Below, one piece after another: positions 7,304 to 16,814 of a stretch of DNA of 64,000 bases. A program made the translations under genes and the position numbers. Under the pieces are notes generated by a model. It ran no database searches and was not told where the DNA came from. It worked only from the letters and a program-made list of their open reading frames with translations. The stretch covers positions 1 to 64,000 of the forward strand of contig JBFWLW010000010.1 in NCBI GenBank assembly GCA_050251945.1. The letters run 5' to 3'. Each line of letters opens with the position of its first letter. Within the stretch, counting starts at the first letter, position 1. The DNA comes from Deferribacterales bacterium. Its GTDB lineage: Bacteria > Chrysiogenota > Deferribacteres > Deferribacterales > Geovibrionaceae.

Positions 7304-8419
7304 ATGAAGTACAGTCTTTCCGTACCGCATTTAAGCGATGATAAACGCGAACTGAAATATATTGCCGAAGCGATTGAGAACAGGAACATCGGTCCTGTGG
7401 GAAGATTCATCGCGGAATTTGAATATGCCGTGAAAAAGCTCACAGGCGCAGGTTATGCGCTTGGTGTCATAAACGGTACGTCCGCCCTGCACCTTGCTCT
7501 CACTGCCATGGGAATAGGGAAAGGTGACGACGTTATGGCGTCCTCTTTCACATATATCGGTTCCGCCGCGCCCATAATGTATGTCGGCGCGAACCCTGTG
7601 TTCATCGACAGCGAGGAGAACACATGGAATCTTGACCCGAATCTGCTGGAAGACGGGCTTAAAAAGCGTGCTAAAGCGCCGAAAGCGCTTATCCTTACGC
7701 ATATATACGGGCAGCCGGCGAATATGGACGACATCCTTATGGTGTGTGACAGATTCGGCGTAAGGCTCGTAGAGGATGCGGCGGAGGCAATCGGTGCGAC
7801 GTTTGACGGCAGACAGTGCGGAACTTTCGGTACTGCGGGCATCTTATCGTTCGCTGGCAATAAACTGCTGACATCAGGCGGCGGTGGTATGCTTCTGACA
7901 GACGACAGGCATTTGGCGGAGACAGCGTCGTATTTCGCATCGAACGCCCGTGAACCTATGATGCATCACGAGCATAACAGCATCGGGTATAACTATCGCA
8001 TGAGCAACCTTCATGCGGCTGTTGGGCTTGCCCAGATGGAACTTGCAAACGAGCGCATCGCGGCTCGGCGCAGAGTTTTTGAACAGTATGAAAAGGCTTT
8101 TGCCGGGGACAGCCGCGTTAAGCTGATGCCTCAGCACCACAAGGCGAAAGGCAACAGGTGGCTTACGGCGGCGCTGTTTGAAGGTGTGGAACCTAAAAAG
8201 CTGATGGTGAAACTGGCAAATCAGGGTATCGAGACGCGTCCGCTGTGGAAACCTATGCACATGCAGCCGGTGTTCAGGGATGCTGAGCGGTATGTCAATG
8301 GGGTGTCTGAAAAACTTTTTGAATCGGGGCTTTGCCTTCCGTCCTGTTCAACAATGTCAGACGGGGACGTGTGCGCCGTTGCGGCGGAGATAACCGGTAT
8401 GCTTGATATTACCGGCTGA
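7304..8419 (+). CDS. DegT/DnrJ/EryC1/StrS (PglE-like) PLP-dependent sugar aminotransferase
   Basis: NGTSALHLAL, EDAAEA, SFAGNKLLTSGGGG, GYNYRMSN and RPLWKPMHMQP. Confidence 0.95.
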   Translation: MKYSLSVPHLSDDKRELKYIAEAIENRNIGPVGRFIAEFEYAVKKLTGAGYALGVINGTSALHLALTAMGIGKGDDVMASSFTYIGSAAPIMYVGANPVFIDSEENTWNLDPNLLEDGLKKRAKAPKALILTHIYGQPANMDDILMVCDRFGVRLVEDAAEAIGATFDGRQCGTFGTAGILSFAGNKLLTSGGGGMLLTDDRHLAETASYFASNAREPMMHHEHNSIGYNYRMSNLHAAVGLAQMELANERIAARRRVFEQYEKAFAGDSRVKLMPQHHKAKGNRWLTAALFEGVEPKKLMVKLANQGIETRPLWKPMHMQPVFRDAERYVNGVSEKLFESGLCLPSCSTMSDGDVCAVAAEITGMLDITG

Positions 8420-9743
8420 TGGAGAATTCTGCCAGCAGGTCGTCCATGAAGCGTTTGTCACTGTCGTCCGCGTTATAAAAAAAGAATTTGCCGTATGCTC
8501 TCTGTACTTCAAGCATTGAGATCATAAAGGTGTATTCCGCTTCTATATATTTCTGACGTGCATAGAAATGCTGTGTTATCAGATTTTTGCGCTCGGAATA
8601 TTTTCTGAGTGCCGAAAGGTCTTTGAATTTTTCCTCCGCTTTTTCCAGCGCTTCCTTTTTCAGCACATAGTCGTGTCCTGCAAGAACCGCTTTGTCTATT
8701 GCCGCGGCGATATTCTCTTTAACCACCTCTTTAACCTGTGCCTTTCTGTTGAAATATGTCAGCAGTTCCGATTGCTTTTCCGACAGTTCGTTCTGTTTTT
8801 TGGTGCCGTCGAAAAGGGGGATGGAGAGCTTAAGGCTCATGTTCCACTGATTTTCGTCCATGGTTTTGAAATATTCGGTGTCAGTATCCTGTCCTTCAAA
8901 ATAGCGGGTGTATTCTCCTGATACGCTTACGTCGGGAACGGTGAATTTCCTTTGTGCGGAAAGGATGTCCCGCCTGTTTATTTTGATAAACTCATCAAGC
9001 GCCATAAGCCGGGGGGACGAGGAGAGAGCTTTATCGGAAAACTTTGATACCAGAGTGTCGATATTAACGCCCTCCGTGGTGAAGAGAAGCATAAGCTCGT
9101 CATTAAGCCTGGTGGCGAATATCCCGGAATACGGCAGAAAAGCATAGCTGTCTATGTTTCTTATGTCTGTGACAAGCTCCATATCAGCTAACACAGACCG
9201 GAGAGATTCTCTCACGGCGGTGTCATCCAGACTATAGGCATTACGTATCTTAAATTTTGCAGCCGCGGCAGAGTATTGCCTGTTTGCTTCCGCATACGCG
9301 TCGAGAAGATTTCTGTATCTGATAACGCTGCAATATCTTTTTGTGGAATCTGAAATGATATCTGTTCGCAGAACCTCTGCTACAAGCCTCTGGGCTTTTG
9401 CTCTGTTCTCGTTTGTGGACATTGCCGCCAGTTTTGAATCGGAAAAAAGAATCTGACTCAGGCGCACTTTGGCACTGGGTATCTTATAAAGCGGGATATC
9501 TTTAAAATCGTCTCTGGATTTATCCGCGGAATTCATCGTTGCGGAAGCCCTTACGGTTGGCACAAAGCTTTCCAGAGCTTCGTCAATCTTATCAATTGCC
9601 GCGTCCCTGTCTTGCTTCATAAGGTTATATTCCGCATCCTGCGAAAGAGAGTTGTCGATAACCCGCGACAGCATAAGGGTATTTTCCTGTGCAAATGCGG
9701 ATGTTGCGGTGAACAGGACGAAAAGGATAAGCAGGCGGTTCAA
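8409..9743 (-). CDS. TolC-family outer membrane protein
   Basis: Signal peptide, two OEP-like halves and the LSIPLFDG motif. Confidence 0.75.
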   Translation of the reverse strand: MNRLLILFVLFTATSAFAQENTLMLSRVIDNSLSQDAEYNLMKQDRDAAIDKIDEALESFVPTVRASATMNSADKSRDDFKDIPLYKIPSAKVRLSQILFSDSKLAAMSTNENRAKAQRLVAEVLRTDIISDSTKRYCSVIRYRNLLDAYAEANRQYSAAAAKFKIRNAYSLDDTAVRESLRSVLADMELVTDIRNIDSYAFLPYSGIFATRLNDELMLLFTTEGVNIDTLVSKFSDKALSSSPRLMALDEFIKINRRDILSAQRKFTVPDVSVSGEYTRYFEGQDTDTEYFKTMDENQWNMSLKLSIPLFDGTKKQNELSEKQSELLTYFNRKAQVKEVVKENIAAAIDKAVLAGHDYVLKKEALEKAEEKFKDLSALRKYSERKNLITQHFYARQKYIEAEYTFMISMLEVQRAYGKFFFYNADDSDKRFMDDLLAEFSISR

Positions 9744-9869
9744 TCTCTCCTCCTTGGGTGTTTAAGATTATATCCATGATGACTGCGAAAGTGTCAAGAA
9801 TGTTCGGGGAAAAAGCACATTGCGGATAAAATAAATCAGCCTGATATTATATAATATCAGGAGAAGAAA

Positions 9870-10355
9870 ATGCTTACTTACGATTATATATTTCCGCTTT
9901 TGAACGGACAGATGCAGGATCTGATGGAATACGAAGGCAAGGTGGTGCTGGTTGTCAACACCGCGAGCAAATGCGGGTTTACACCGCAGTATGAGGGACT
10001 GGAAGAACTTTACAGGCAGTTCAGGGACGACGGATTCGTTATCCTCGGTTTTCCGTGTAACCAGTTCGGTGAACAGGAGCCGGGAACCGAAGACGACATA
10101 ACAAATTTTCTGGAATGTAACTACACAGTGACCTTTCCAGTGTTTAAAAAGGTGCAGGTGAACGGCGAATATGCCAATCCGCTCTTCAAAAAGCTGAAAG
10201 ATATGGCACCCGGAACCATGGGGACGAAAGAAATAAAATGGAATTTCACTAAATTTCTGATAAGCCGCGACAGAAAGAACGTTCTGCGGTTTGCTTCCAC
10301 AAGAACACCGGACAGTATCCGCGGTTATATCGCGGAAGAGCTTCAGAAAATATAA
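9870..10355 (+). CDS. Glutathione peroxidase family protein (Cys type)
   Basis: VNTASKCGFTPQY, GFPCNQFG and IKWNFTKFL. Confidence 0.95.
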   Translation: MLTYDYIFPLLNGQMQDLMEYEGKVVLVVNTASKCGFTPQYEGLEELYRQFRDDGFVILGFPCNQFGEQEPGTEDDITNFLECNYTVTFPVFKKVQVNGEYANPLFKKLKDMAPGTMGTKEIKWNFTKFLISRDRKNVLRFASTRTPDSIRGYIAEELQKI

Positions 10356-10356
10356 A

Positions 10357-10382
10357 GCCGGAGCGGAAATGACCGCTCCGGC
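10357..10382. terminator. Hairpin between convergent genes
   Basis: GCCGGAGCGG-AAATGA-CCGCTCCGGC. Confidence 0.65.
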
Positions 10383-10441
10383 AGTTTTGTTGATTGTTGT
10401 AAGGTACATGAAAGTACCCCGCTGAGCATGTAAAACGGAAA

Positions 10442-10771
10442 CTAGTAGCGATTGCCGCCGCCGTATCCGCCTCTGCCTTCGCGTCCGCCTCTTCCCTCGC
10501 GTCCGCCGCCTGAGCGTGCGGGGCGTTCCTGTCTTGGGCGTGCCTCGTTAACAGTAAGAGGTCTGCCGATAAAGTCTACACCGTTCAGTTCTTCGATGGC
10601 AGCGGCTCCCTGCTCATCGTTTGCCATTTCAACAAAAGCGAATCCTTTTGAGCGGCCGCTTTCGTGGTCTGTGATGATTCTCACAGAGCTTACATCGCCG
10701 AACGACTCGAACATATTGCGAAGTTCGTCCTCTGAGGCTTTGTAAGGAAGGTTTCCTACATAAATGTTCAT
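10442..10771 (-). CDS. RRM RNA-binding protein with a Gly/Arg-rich tail
   Basis: RNP2 IYVGNL, RNP1 KGFAFVEM, and LTVNEARPR. Confidence 0.96.
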   Translation of the reverse strand: MNIYVGNLPYKASEDELRNMFESFGDVSSVRIITDHESGRSKGFAFVEMANDEQGAAAIEELNGVDFIGRPLTVNEARPRQERPARSGGGREGRGGREGRGGYGGGNRY

Positions 10772-11026
10772 GATACTTCTGCTAGTCCTATAAACTTATT
10801 TCGCCATGCCTTGCCAATCGAAAACCGGTCATGGCGAAGGTTGAGCGGTGTCCGATCTCTGCCGTCCCCGCAGGGGGGCGAATTCCGGTTAACGGCTTCA
10901 AAGCCTCTGCCTGTAGCAGTTTGGGCAGATTCGCCGTGTCATACCGAAAAAGTAACAGAGAAATTGACCGTTCGCAAGTTTATTTGAGCAGACCGTGTTT
11001 GACGGTCTGCCCTGTGAATAACGATA

Positions 11027-11848
11027 TTATGAGAGTTTCACTTTTCTGACAATGATTTCGTCTCGCTGTACGCCTCTTTGATATTTGATCGCAGGTTCAC
11101 CGAAAAGGAAGGCGTATGCCAGCTGCATGTCGTCTCCGATGCCGATATTTGTGAGAATTTCAGGGAACGCATTGACGAGATACATCACAAATCCTGCCCA
11201 GACTGTTCCGACACCGAGTGAAGCCGCGGCAAGTTCGGCGTAGGTAAGGGCTATGAACCCGTCCGCAAGCGGTGTCGGGGCTGTTTTAGGTGTCACGGAG
11301 AACATTATATGGGGTGCGCCGCGGAAGATTATGTCTTTGCCGTTTCTGAAATGTTTTGCCATGATGCCGAAAATGGCGGTATGTTCGTTCAGCCTGCCCT
11401 CTTTGTCCGCTTTTTCTATGACGGATATAACCATTTCTTTGAATTTGTCCATTTGCTCTCTGCTGTCTACAGCAACAAGTTGAACCTGATGGTCGTTCTT
11501 GCCTGTGGGCGCGTTGGCGGCTGCTTTGGTTATTTTTTCAATTCTTTCCGCGGATACGTCCGTATTCTTAAATTTGCGGACAGTACGTCTTGTGCGGATG
11601 AGCGCATCTACCTGTTCAAAGTCCGCCGCTTTGTCAGGGCTTACGCAGGTGTCGGGATCCACACCCAATATGGACACTGCGGCTGTAGGGCAGATGGCGA
11701 GACAGTGCTGGCATTTGTAGCACTTTTTCTCGTTCTCAGGCTTTATGAAGGGTATTTTGTCCGTAAGCTCAATTATCATCGCGGGGCAGTCCGCAACGCA
11801 GGCTTTGCATGATGTACATTTGGATTCGCTGACAATAAAATTTAACAT
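11027..11848 (-). CDS. Nitroreductase family protein with an N-terminal 2x[4Fe-4S] ferredoxin domain
   Basis: Two CxxCxxCxxxCP motifs, RRTVRKF, APTGKN and LGVGTVW. Confidence 0.92.
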   Translation of the reverse strand: MLNFIVSESKCTSCKACVADCPAMIIELTDKIPFIKPENEKKCYKCQHCLAICPTAAVSILGVDPDTCVSPDKAADFEQVDALIRTRRTVRKFKNTDVSAERIEKITKAAANAPTGKNDHQVQLVAVDSREQMDKFKEMVISVIEKADKEGRLNEHTAIFGIMAKHFRNGKDIIFRGAPHIMFSVTPKTAPTPLADGFIALTYAELAAASLGVGTVWAGFVMYLVNAFPEILTNIGIGDDMQLAYAFLFGEPAIKYQRGVQRDEIIVRKVKLS

Positions 11849-11859
11849 ATATTACCTCA

Positions 11860-12258
11860 TTATATCCCGAATGCCTGCTCAAGTTCAGGCGGCAGTCCGG
11901 GTCTTCCTTTGCTGTTTATGGCGGTTCCGGTAATCCTTCCCCTCAGCACAATTTTGCCGTCGGAGTTAAAAATATCCTGTACGAAAGTGAAGCGGAGTTT
12001 TGATTCGCGCTCAACGTCAACGCACACCGTGAAAGTGTCGCCGCTTCTCAGCGACGCTTTATATTCAAGCTCCGCCCTGATTACCACCATTATTATGCCT
12101 TTGGCGGTCATCTCCGCGAAATCTATGCCCAGCGTGTGCAGAAACTCATGACGGGCGTGTTCCAGATAGTTCATGTAGGTCGCGTTGTTGACGATTCCCT
12201 CCATGTCGCACTCATAGTCTCTCACTTTAAAATCGAGCCTGAATCTGCTGTCTTTCAT
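11860..12258 (-). CDS. Acyl-CoA thioesterase (4HBT/YbgC family)
   Basis: DMEGIVNNATYMNYLEHAR hotdog-fold motif. Confidence 0.92.
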   Translation of the reverse strand: MKDSRFRLDFKVRDYECDMEGIVNNATYMNYLEHARHEFLHTLGIDFAEMTAKGIIMVVIRAELEYKASLRSGDTFTVCVDVERESKLRFTFVQDIFNSDGKIVLRGRITGTAINSKGRPGLPPELEQAFGI

Positions 12259-12268
12259 ATCTCCTCCT

Positions 12269-13123
12269 TTAAAGCATCTTGGAACGGTGCAGAAATTCTT
12301 CGCGTATGAATGTTATCAGAGTCTGCGCCGACTGAGACCGCAGATTCTGAGATGTGACTATTGAAAGCGTGTTGTCGGGAAGCTGCGGCATGTTGGTCAG
12401 TCTGGTATACAGCCCTTCGTCTCCCAGAACACGGGAGATGCCCACCGGAGAAACCGCTATCCCCGCCCGCACGGCGGAGAGCAGTGCGAAAACGCTGTTG
12501 GCGACAAACGCTATGCGGTAGGGTATCCCTGCCTCTTCCAGAGCGTTTATGCTCCATTTCCTTATGTGGCACCCTTCCGGATAAACCGCCAGCGGCAGGG
12601 GATTCATTTTTGTTGCGCACATACAGCGGGAGGCGACCCATACCACCTTTTCCGTGTATATCTTTTCAAACGGCTCCGGCATGTCGGAGCATATGGCAAC
12701 GTCCAGATCGCCGCTGTCTATCTTCCGCAGCATGGTCTCTTTCATATATGTTGAGAAGTCTATCCTGCTGTTGGGGTATCTGGCATAAAACCTGCGCAGG
12801 GCGTTCGGCAGGAACGACGAAGCGTAAAGCTCCGGCGAACCGACACGGATGTGGTCGTGAATGTCCGGATTGGCGATGACCGAGAGTGCGTCATCGTGAG
12901 CTTTCAGTATGCGCACGGCATGCTCAAGCAGACGTTCGCCTGTGGGGCTTATGGAAAAACGCTTGCCCTGTTTGATGAACAGGGTACCCGTCTGATCCTC
13001 CAGACGTTTCATCTGCATGCTCACTGCGGACTGGGTCATGTTCAGAAGGCAGGACGCCTTCGTATAACTGTTGACCCGCGCAACCGTCACAAAAGTCCTT
13101 AACAGGTCTATAGATAATTCCAT
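12269..13123 (-). CDS. LysR-family transcriptional regulator
   Basis: N-terminal HTH LLRTFVTVA...MTQSAVSMQMKRLE plus a substrate-binding domain. Confidence 0.95.
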   Translation of the reverse strand: MELSIDLLRTFVTVARVNSYTKASCLLNMTQSAVSMQMKRLEDQTGTLFIKQGKRFSISPTGERLLEHAVRILKAHDDALSVIANPDIHDHIRVGSPELYASSFLPNALRRFYARYPNSRIDFSTYMKETMLRKIDSGDLDVAICSDMPEPFEKIYTEKVVWVASRCMCATKMNPLPLAVYPEGCHIRKWSINALEEAGIPYRIAFVANSVFALLSAVRAGIAVSPVGISRVLGDEGLYTRLTNMPQLPDNTLSIVTSQNLRSQSAQTLITFIREEFLHRSKML

Positions 13124-13125
13124 TC

Positions 13126-13140
13126 ATCACCAAATTTGAT
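13126..13140. promoter_or_regulatory. LysR-type binding box (T-N11-A)
   Basis: ATCA-N7-TGAT palindrome in the divergent intergenic region. Confidence 0.55.
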
Positions 13141-13218
13141 AGAAAACATAAAATACATTCGTTTGACTGATGGGTTTTTATACAGTAGAAATCAAGAAAA
13201 TGCAACAGGAGGTGTGGT

Positions 13219-13563
13219 ATGCAATCGCAGATTGAAAGAAGAGAGGAGATTTTTACGCTGGCAAAACAGATGAGAGCAAAGTTTCCTGAGTTTGAAAAAA
13301 ACATGACGGCTAATGACGCTCTCGTTTACGGCGACGGCGCACTGCCCGAATCGGTCAAGAGGATGATGGCGATGGTGGGCGCACTGGTCAGCAGATGTGA
13401 GGGATGTATCCTGTCACAGACTATGCGCGCCATAGACAGCGGCGCAACTGCGGCGGAGATCATCGAGGCGTGTCACGTTGCCATGATGCTTGGCGGAACG
13501 ATGGCGCTCGCAGAAAGCACCAAGGTGCTGGCTCTTCTTAAGGAAAAAGGAATGATAGATTAA
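13219..13563 (+). CDS. Carboxymuconolactone decarboxylase/AhpD-family protein
   Basis: DGALPESVKRMMAM...RCEGC and GATAAEIIEA; divergent from the LysR gene. Confidence 0.9.
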   Translation: MQSQIERREEIFTLAKQMRAKFPEFEKNMTANDALVYGDGALPESVKRMMAMVGALVSRCEGCILSQTMRAIDSGATAAEIIEACHVAMMLGGTMALAESTKVLALLKEKGMID

Positions 13564-13590
13564 AAAAATAAGGGGCGGAATAACCGCCCC

Positions 13591-13731
13591 CAGACTGATG
13601 ATAAAGTCAGGAAAATGCGAGATCGCGTCGTCGCATACACTCCTCGCGAAGACAAAACCCGTCTCTGCGAGGGTTTTAGCCCGAAGCAGTCTAATGTGTG
13701 TGTATGTATAAATTAGTTTGTCAACAAGCTG
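13591..13731 (+). mobile_element. MITE-like element (141 bp) with IS1182-like ends and an internal REP doublet, flanked by a duplicated 19-bp hairpin
   Basis: Imperfect TIRs CAGACTGATGATAAAGT / AGTTTGTCAACAAGCTG; GGGGCGGAATAACCGCCCC on both sides (13572-13590, 13732-13750); homologous copy at 40238-40379. Confidence 0.8.
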
Positions 13732-13757
13732 GGGGCGGAATAACCGCCCCACTGTCT

Positions 13758-15410
13758 TTATAAGAATTTTGCTGCCTGCTCAAGGGCGTCGTCGATATGC
13801 GGGCAGATGTTTTCCCGCCCTATCTTTTCAACGAATTCGGTTTTTTCAAATGTGTGCATAAGCGCTGGTGAAACACCGGACAGTATCAGGCGTATCCCTT
13901 CGCTGTCAGATTTTTTCAGCACCTCTTCCAGAGCCATTACGGCTGTTGCGTCAACAAACGGTACCGTACGCATACGCAGGATGATGACCTTCGGCTTCTT
14001 TTTGACAATGCGCAGGGTGTCCTTGAACTGGTTCACCGCGCCGAAGAAGAACGAACCGAATATCTCGAATATCTCCACCCCTTCGGGTATCCTGTCTTTG
14101 CTGAGAACGTCGTGTGCCTCATAATCCTCGTTCACCTCTTTACCGAGATTCTTAACCTCAGTTGCAACTGCCATGCGGTTCATGAACAGCAGGGCGGAAA
14201 GGACAACGCCGGTTTCGATGGCAACCGTCAGGTCGATGAAAACCGTCAGCAGGAACGTTACAACCATTATGAGTATATCTGCAGGCGGGCTTTTCAGCAG
14301 TTTCAGGAAATGCCGCCATTCACTCATGTGATACGCGACTATTATAAGTACCGCCGCAAGGGTGGGCATGGGAATGAGCTTTGCCCATTTACCGAAGAAC
14401 AGCAGAATGAACAGCAGGGTGAAGGCGTGTACTATTCCCGAAATGGGGGACGTTGCGCCGTTCTGTATGTTCGTTGCGGTTCTGGCGATGGCTCCGGTGG
14501 CGGGGATGCCGCCGAACATCGGAGAAAAGAAATTTGCGACACCCTGACCGATGAGTTCCATATTGCTTCTGTGGCGGGTGGATGTCATACCGTCTGCCAC
14601 CACTGCGGACAGCAGAGATTCTATTGCCGCCAGCAGGGCTATTGTTATTGCGGACGGGAACACCGCAGTTACGATTTCCAGATTTACGGTGGGAAACGCA
14701 GGCAGAGGCAGTGAAGACGGAACGTCGCCGAACTGTGTCTGTATGGTGTCCACGGGCAGGTTGAAAACTGTTACGACCGCCGTGGTGGCGATTATTGCGA
14801 AGATGGAGCCGGGTATCTTTTTGGTGAATTTCGGCATTATGAGAATGATGGCAAGCGCCGCCGCCGCAACCGCTATCGAGTGGGGATTGAAGGTGGACGC
14901 CGATTCAAAATATGCCTGAACCCTGTGGACGAAGCTGGCAGACGCCGGATGCGAGTCCAGTCCGAATATATCCTTAATTTGTGTTGTGCCTATGATGAGA
15001 GCGATGCCGGAGGTGAAACCGACCGTCATCGGGTACGGGATGAATTTTATTACGCCGCCCAGCTTAACAGCGCCCATGGCTATGAGCATGATACCTGCAA
15101 GCATGGTGGCAACGGCAAGCCCGTTGTATCCGAACTTCACCACTATTTCATATACCACCACGATGAAAGCGCCCGTGGGACCGCCTATCTGTACCCGGCT
15201 TCCGCTTAAAAGGCTTATTATGAAACCTGCGATGATGGCTGTGAAAATGCCCTGCTCCGGTTTAACTCCCGAAGCGATGGCGAAAGCGATGGCAAGAGGC
15301 AGGGCAACTATGCCGACCGTTATGCCGGAAACAGTGTCCTTCATCAGCCGTTTTGAGTCGTAACCCTCTTTAAAACAATCATATATTTGCGGGATTAAAC
15401 GAGAACTCAT
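13758..15410 (-). CDS. SulP-family anion transporter with a STAS domain
   Basis: GITVGIVALPLAIAFAIASG, QIGGPTGAF, GAIARTATN and a C-terminal STAS domain. Confidence 0.96.
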   Translation of the reverse strand: MSSRLIPQIYDCFKEGYDSKRLMKDTVSGITVGIVALPLAIAFAIASGVKPEQGIFTAIIAGFIISLLSGSRVQIGGPTGAFIVVVYEIVVKFGYNGLAVATMLAGIMLIAMGAVKLGGVIKFIPYPMTVGFTSGIALIIGTTQIKDIFGLDSHPASASFVHRVQAYFESASTFNPHSIAVAAAALAIILIMPKFTKKIPGSIFAIIATTAVVTVFNLPVDTIQTQFGDVPSSLPLPAFPTVNLEIVTAVFPSAITIALLAAIESLLSAVVADGMTSTRHRSNMELIGQGVANFFSPMFGGIPATGAIARTATNIQNGATSPISGIVHAFTLLFILLFFGKWAKLIPMPTLAAVLIIVAYHMSEWRHFLKLLKSPPADILIMVVTFLLTVFIDLTVAIETGVVLSALLFMNRMAVATEVKNLGKEVNEDYEAHDVLSKDRIPEGVEIFEIFGSFFFGAVNQFKDTLRIVKKKPKVIILRMRTVPFVDATAVMALEEVLKKSDSEGIRLILSGVSPALMHTFEKTEFVEKIGRENICPHIDDALEQAAKFL

Positions 15411-15723
15411 CGGATATAAACCTCCCTATCCGTATAATTCTTCGTTTGTGGTATAAATCGTGGGGTCGGATGGCTTTAAACCATAAGTTAAAAATAGCAG
15501 GATTAAAGTCAGGTGGCCTCAGACAGGTACCAAAACGGTAATCATATCTTTGACATTGTGAAACTTCGGTAAATTAGTTAAAAGCGACGAAATAAGCAAG
15601 TAAAATTTATATATGAAAAATGAAAAAGTTTTTTAACTGAAATAGAATAGCCGTTTTAAAAAATATGCTGTCAAAAAAACTGCGTCTTGTTATAATACGG
15701 TCATTCAAAAGGTTTAAGTGATG

Positions 15724-15796
15724 AGACCGCATCGTCATTTCATTCTTAGCGAAGACCGTGCTTGTCTCTGCGAGGAGTTTAGCGGCGAAGCAGTCT
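15724..15796. repeat. REP doublet upstream of hypE
   Basis: An inverted unit ending GCGAAGAC followed by GTCTCTGCGAGGAGTTTAGCGGCGAAGCAGTCT. Confidence 0.75.
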
Positions 15797-15827
15797 GAAT
15801 TCCCAACAATTTAAGAGGGCAATCAAT

Positions 15828-16814
15828 ATGGACAGAGTTACTCTGGCTGTGGGCGGAGGGGGAGCCTCCACTCAGTCATTTATTTCGGACGTGATATTCT
15901 CAAAGCTGGGCAATCCTCTGCTGAAAAAGGCGGCTGATGCGGCGCTTGTGGAAACGGCAGGCAGAACTGCGTTTACCACCGACAGCTTTGTTGTGCGTCC
16001 CGAATTTTTTCCCGGCGGCGATATAGGCAAGATAGCCGTTTGCGGAACAGTGAACGACCTGCTTGTGTCCGGTGCGATACCTGAATATCTGTCGTTCGGA
16101 CTTGTTATCCCCGAAGGATATCTGCTGAAAGACCTTGAAAGGGTCATTGACAGCATGGCGGCTACCTGTGAAAAGGCGGGTGTCAAAATTGTCTGCGGCG
16201 ATACTAAGGTTGTTGAAAGGGGCGCTTTGGACGGGCTTATCATAAATACCAGCGGAATAGGACGGTCGGTGAAGGATTACACCGACTATGCAAATATAAA
16301 AGAGGGTGACAGGGTAATCCTGACATCCGATGCGGCAAGACACGGCATGAGTGTTCTTCTGGCTCGCGGTGAGCTTGGATTTGACGGCGAGATAGATTCG
16401 GACTGCGCTCCGCTGAATGATGTTTTCGATGCGGTGCGTCCGTTCGGCGTATCGTTTGCAAGGGATGCCACCCGCGGAGGCATTGCAGCCGTGCTTAACG
16501 AGATATCCGCCATGTGCGGCGCCGGGTTTGTCATGGAGGACGATAACATCAACGTGCGCGAAAACGTACGCTACCTCTGCGACATGCTTGGCTTTGACCC
16601 ATTGTCGGTTGCCAACGAGGGTTTAGCTGTTATAATAATCAGAGAGAAAGATGCGGAAAAGGCACTGGAAGCTCTTAAAAAGACGGAGAACGGAGCAGGT
16701 GCGGCAATAGCCGGAACTGTCACCGCCGACGGCAAAGTTATACTTAAAACCTCCATCGGCGGGCGCAGATTTATAGAAATGCCGCGGGGAGAGCTTTTAC
16801 CTCGGATATGCTGA
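15828..16814 (+). CDS. hypE: Hydrogenase maturation carbamoyl dehydratase HypE
   Basis: FTTDSFVVRP, GGDIGKIAVCGTVND, GDTKVV, RDATRGG and the C-terminal LPRIC. Confidence 0.97.
   Translation: MDRVTLAVGGGGASTQSFISDVIFSKLGNPLLKKAADAALVETAGRTAFTTDSFVVRPEFFPGGDIGKIAVCGTVNDLLVSGAIPEYLSFGLVIPEGYLLKDLERVIDSMAATCEKAGVKIVCGDTKVVERGALDGLIINTSGIGRSVKDYTDYANIKEGDRVILTSDAARHGMSVLLARGELGFDGEIDSDCAPLNDVFDAVRPFGVSFARDATRGGIAAVLNEISAMCGAGFVMEDDNINVRENVRYLCDMLGFDPLSVANEGLAVIIIREKDAEKALEALKKTENGAGAAIAGTVTADGKVILKTSIGGRRFIEMPRGELLPRIC

Noticed and set aside
9870..10355. Selenocysteine glutathione peroxidase
   Set aside because: The active-site codon is TGC (Cys) and there is no in-frame TGA.
15411..15720. Ion-sensing riboswitch upstream of sulP
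   Set aside because: I could not identify a convincing conserved aptamer or expression platform by eye; an Rfam scan is needed.
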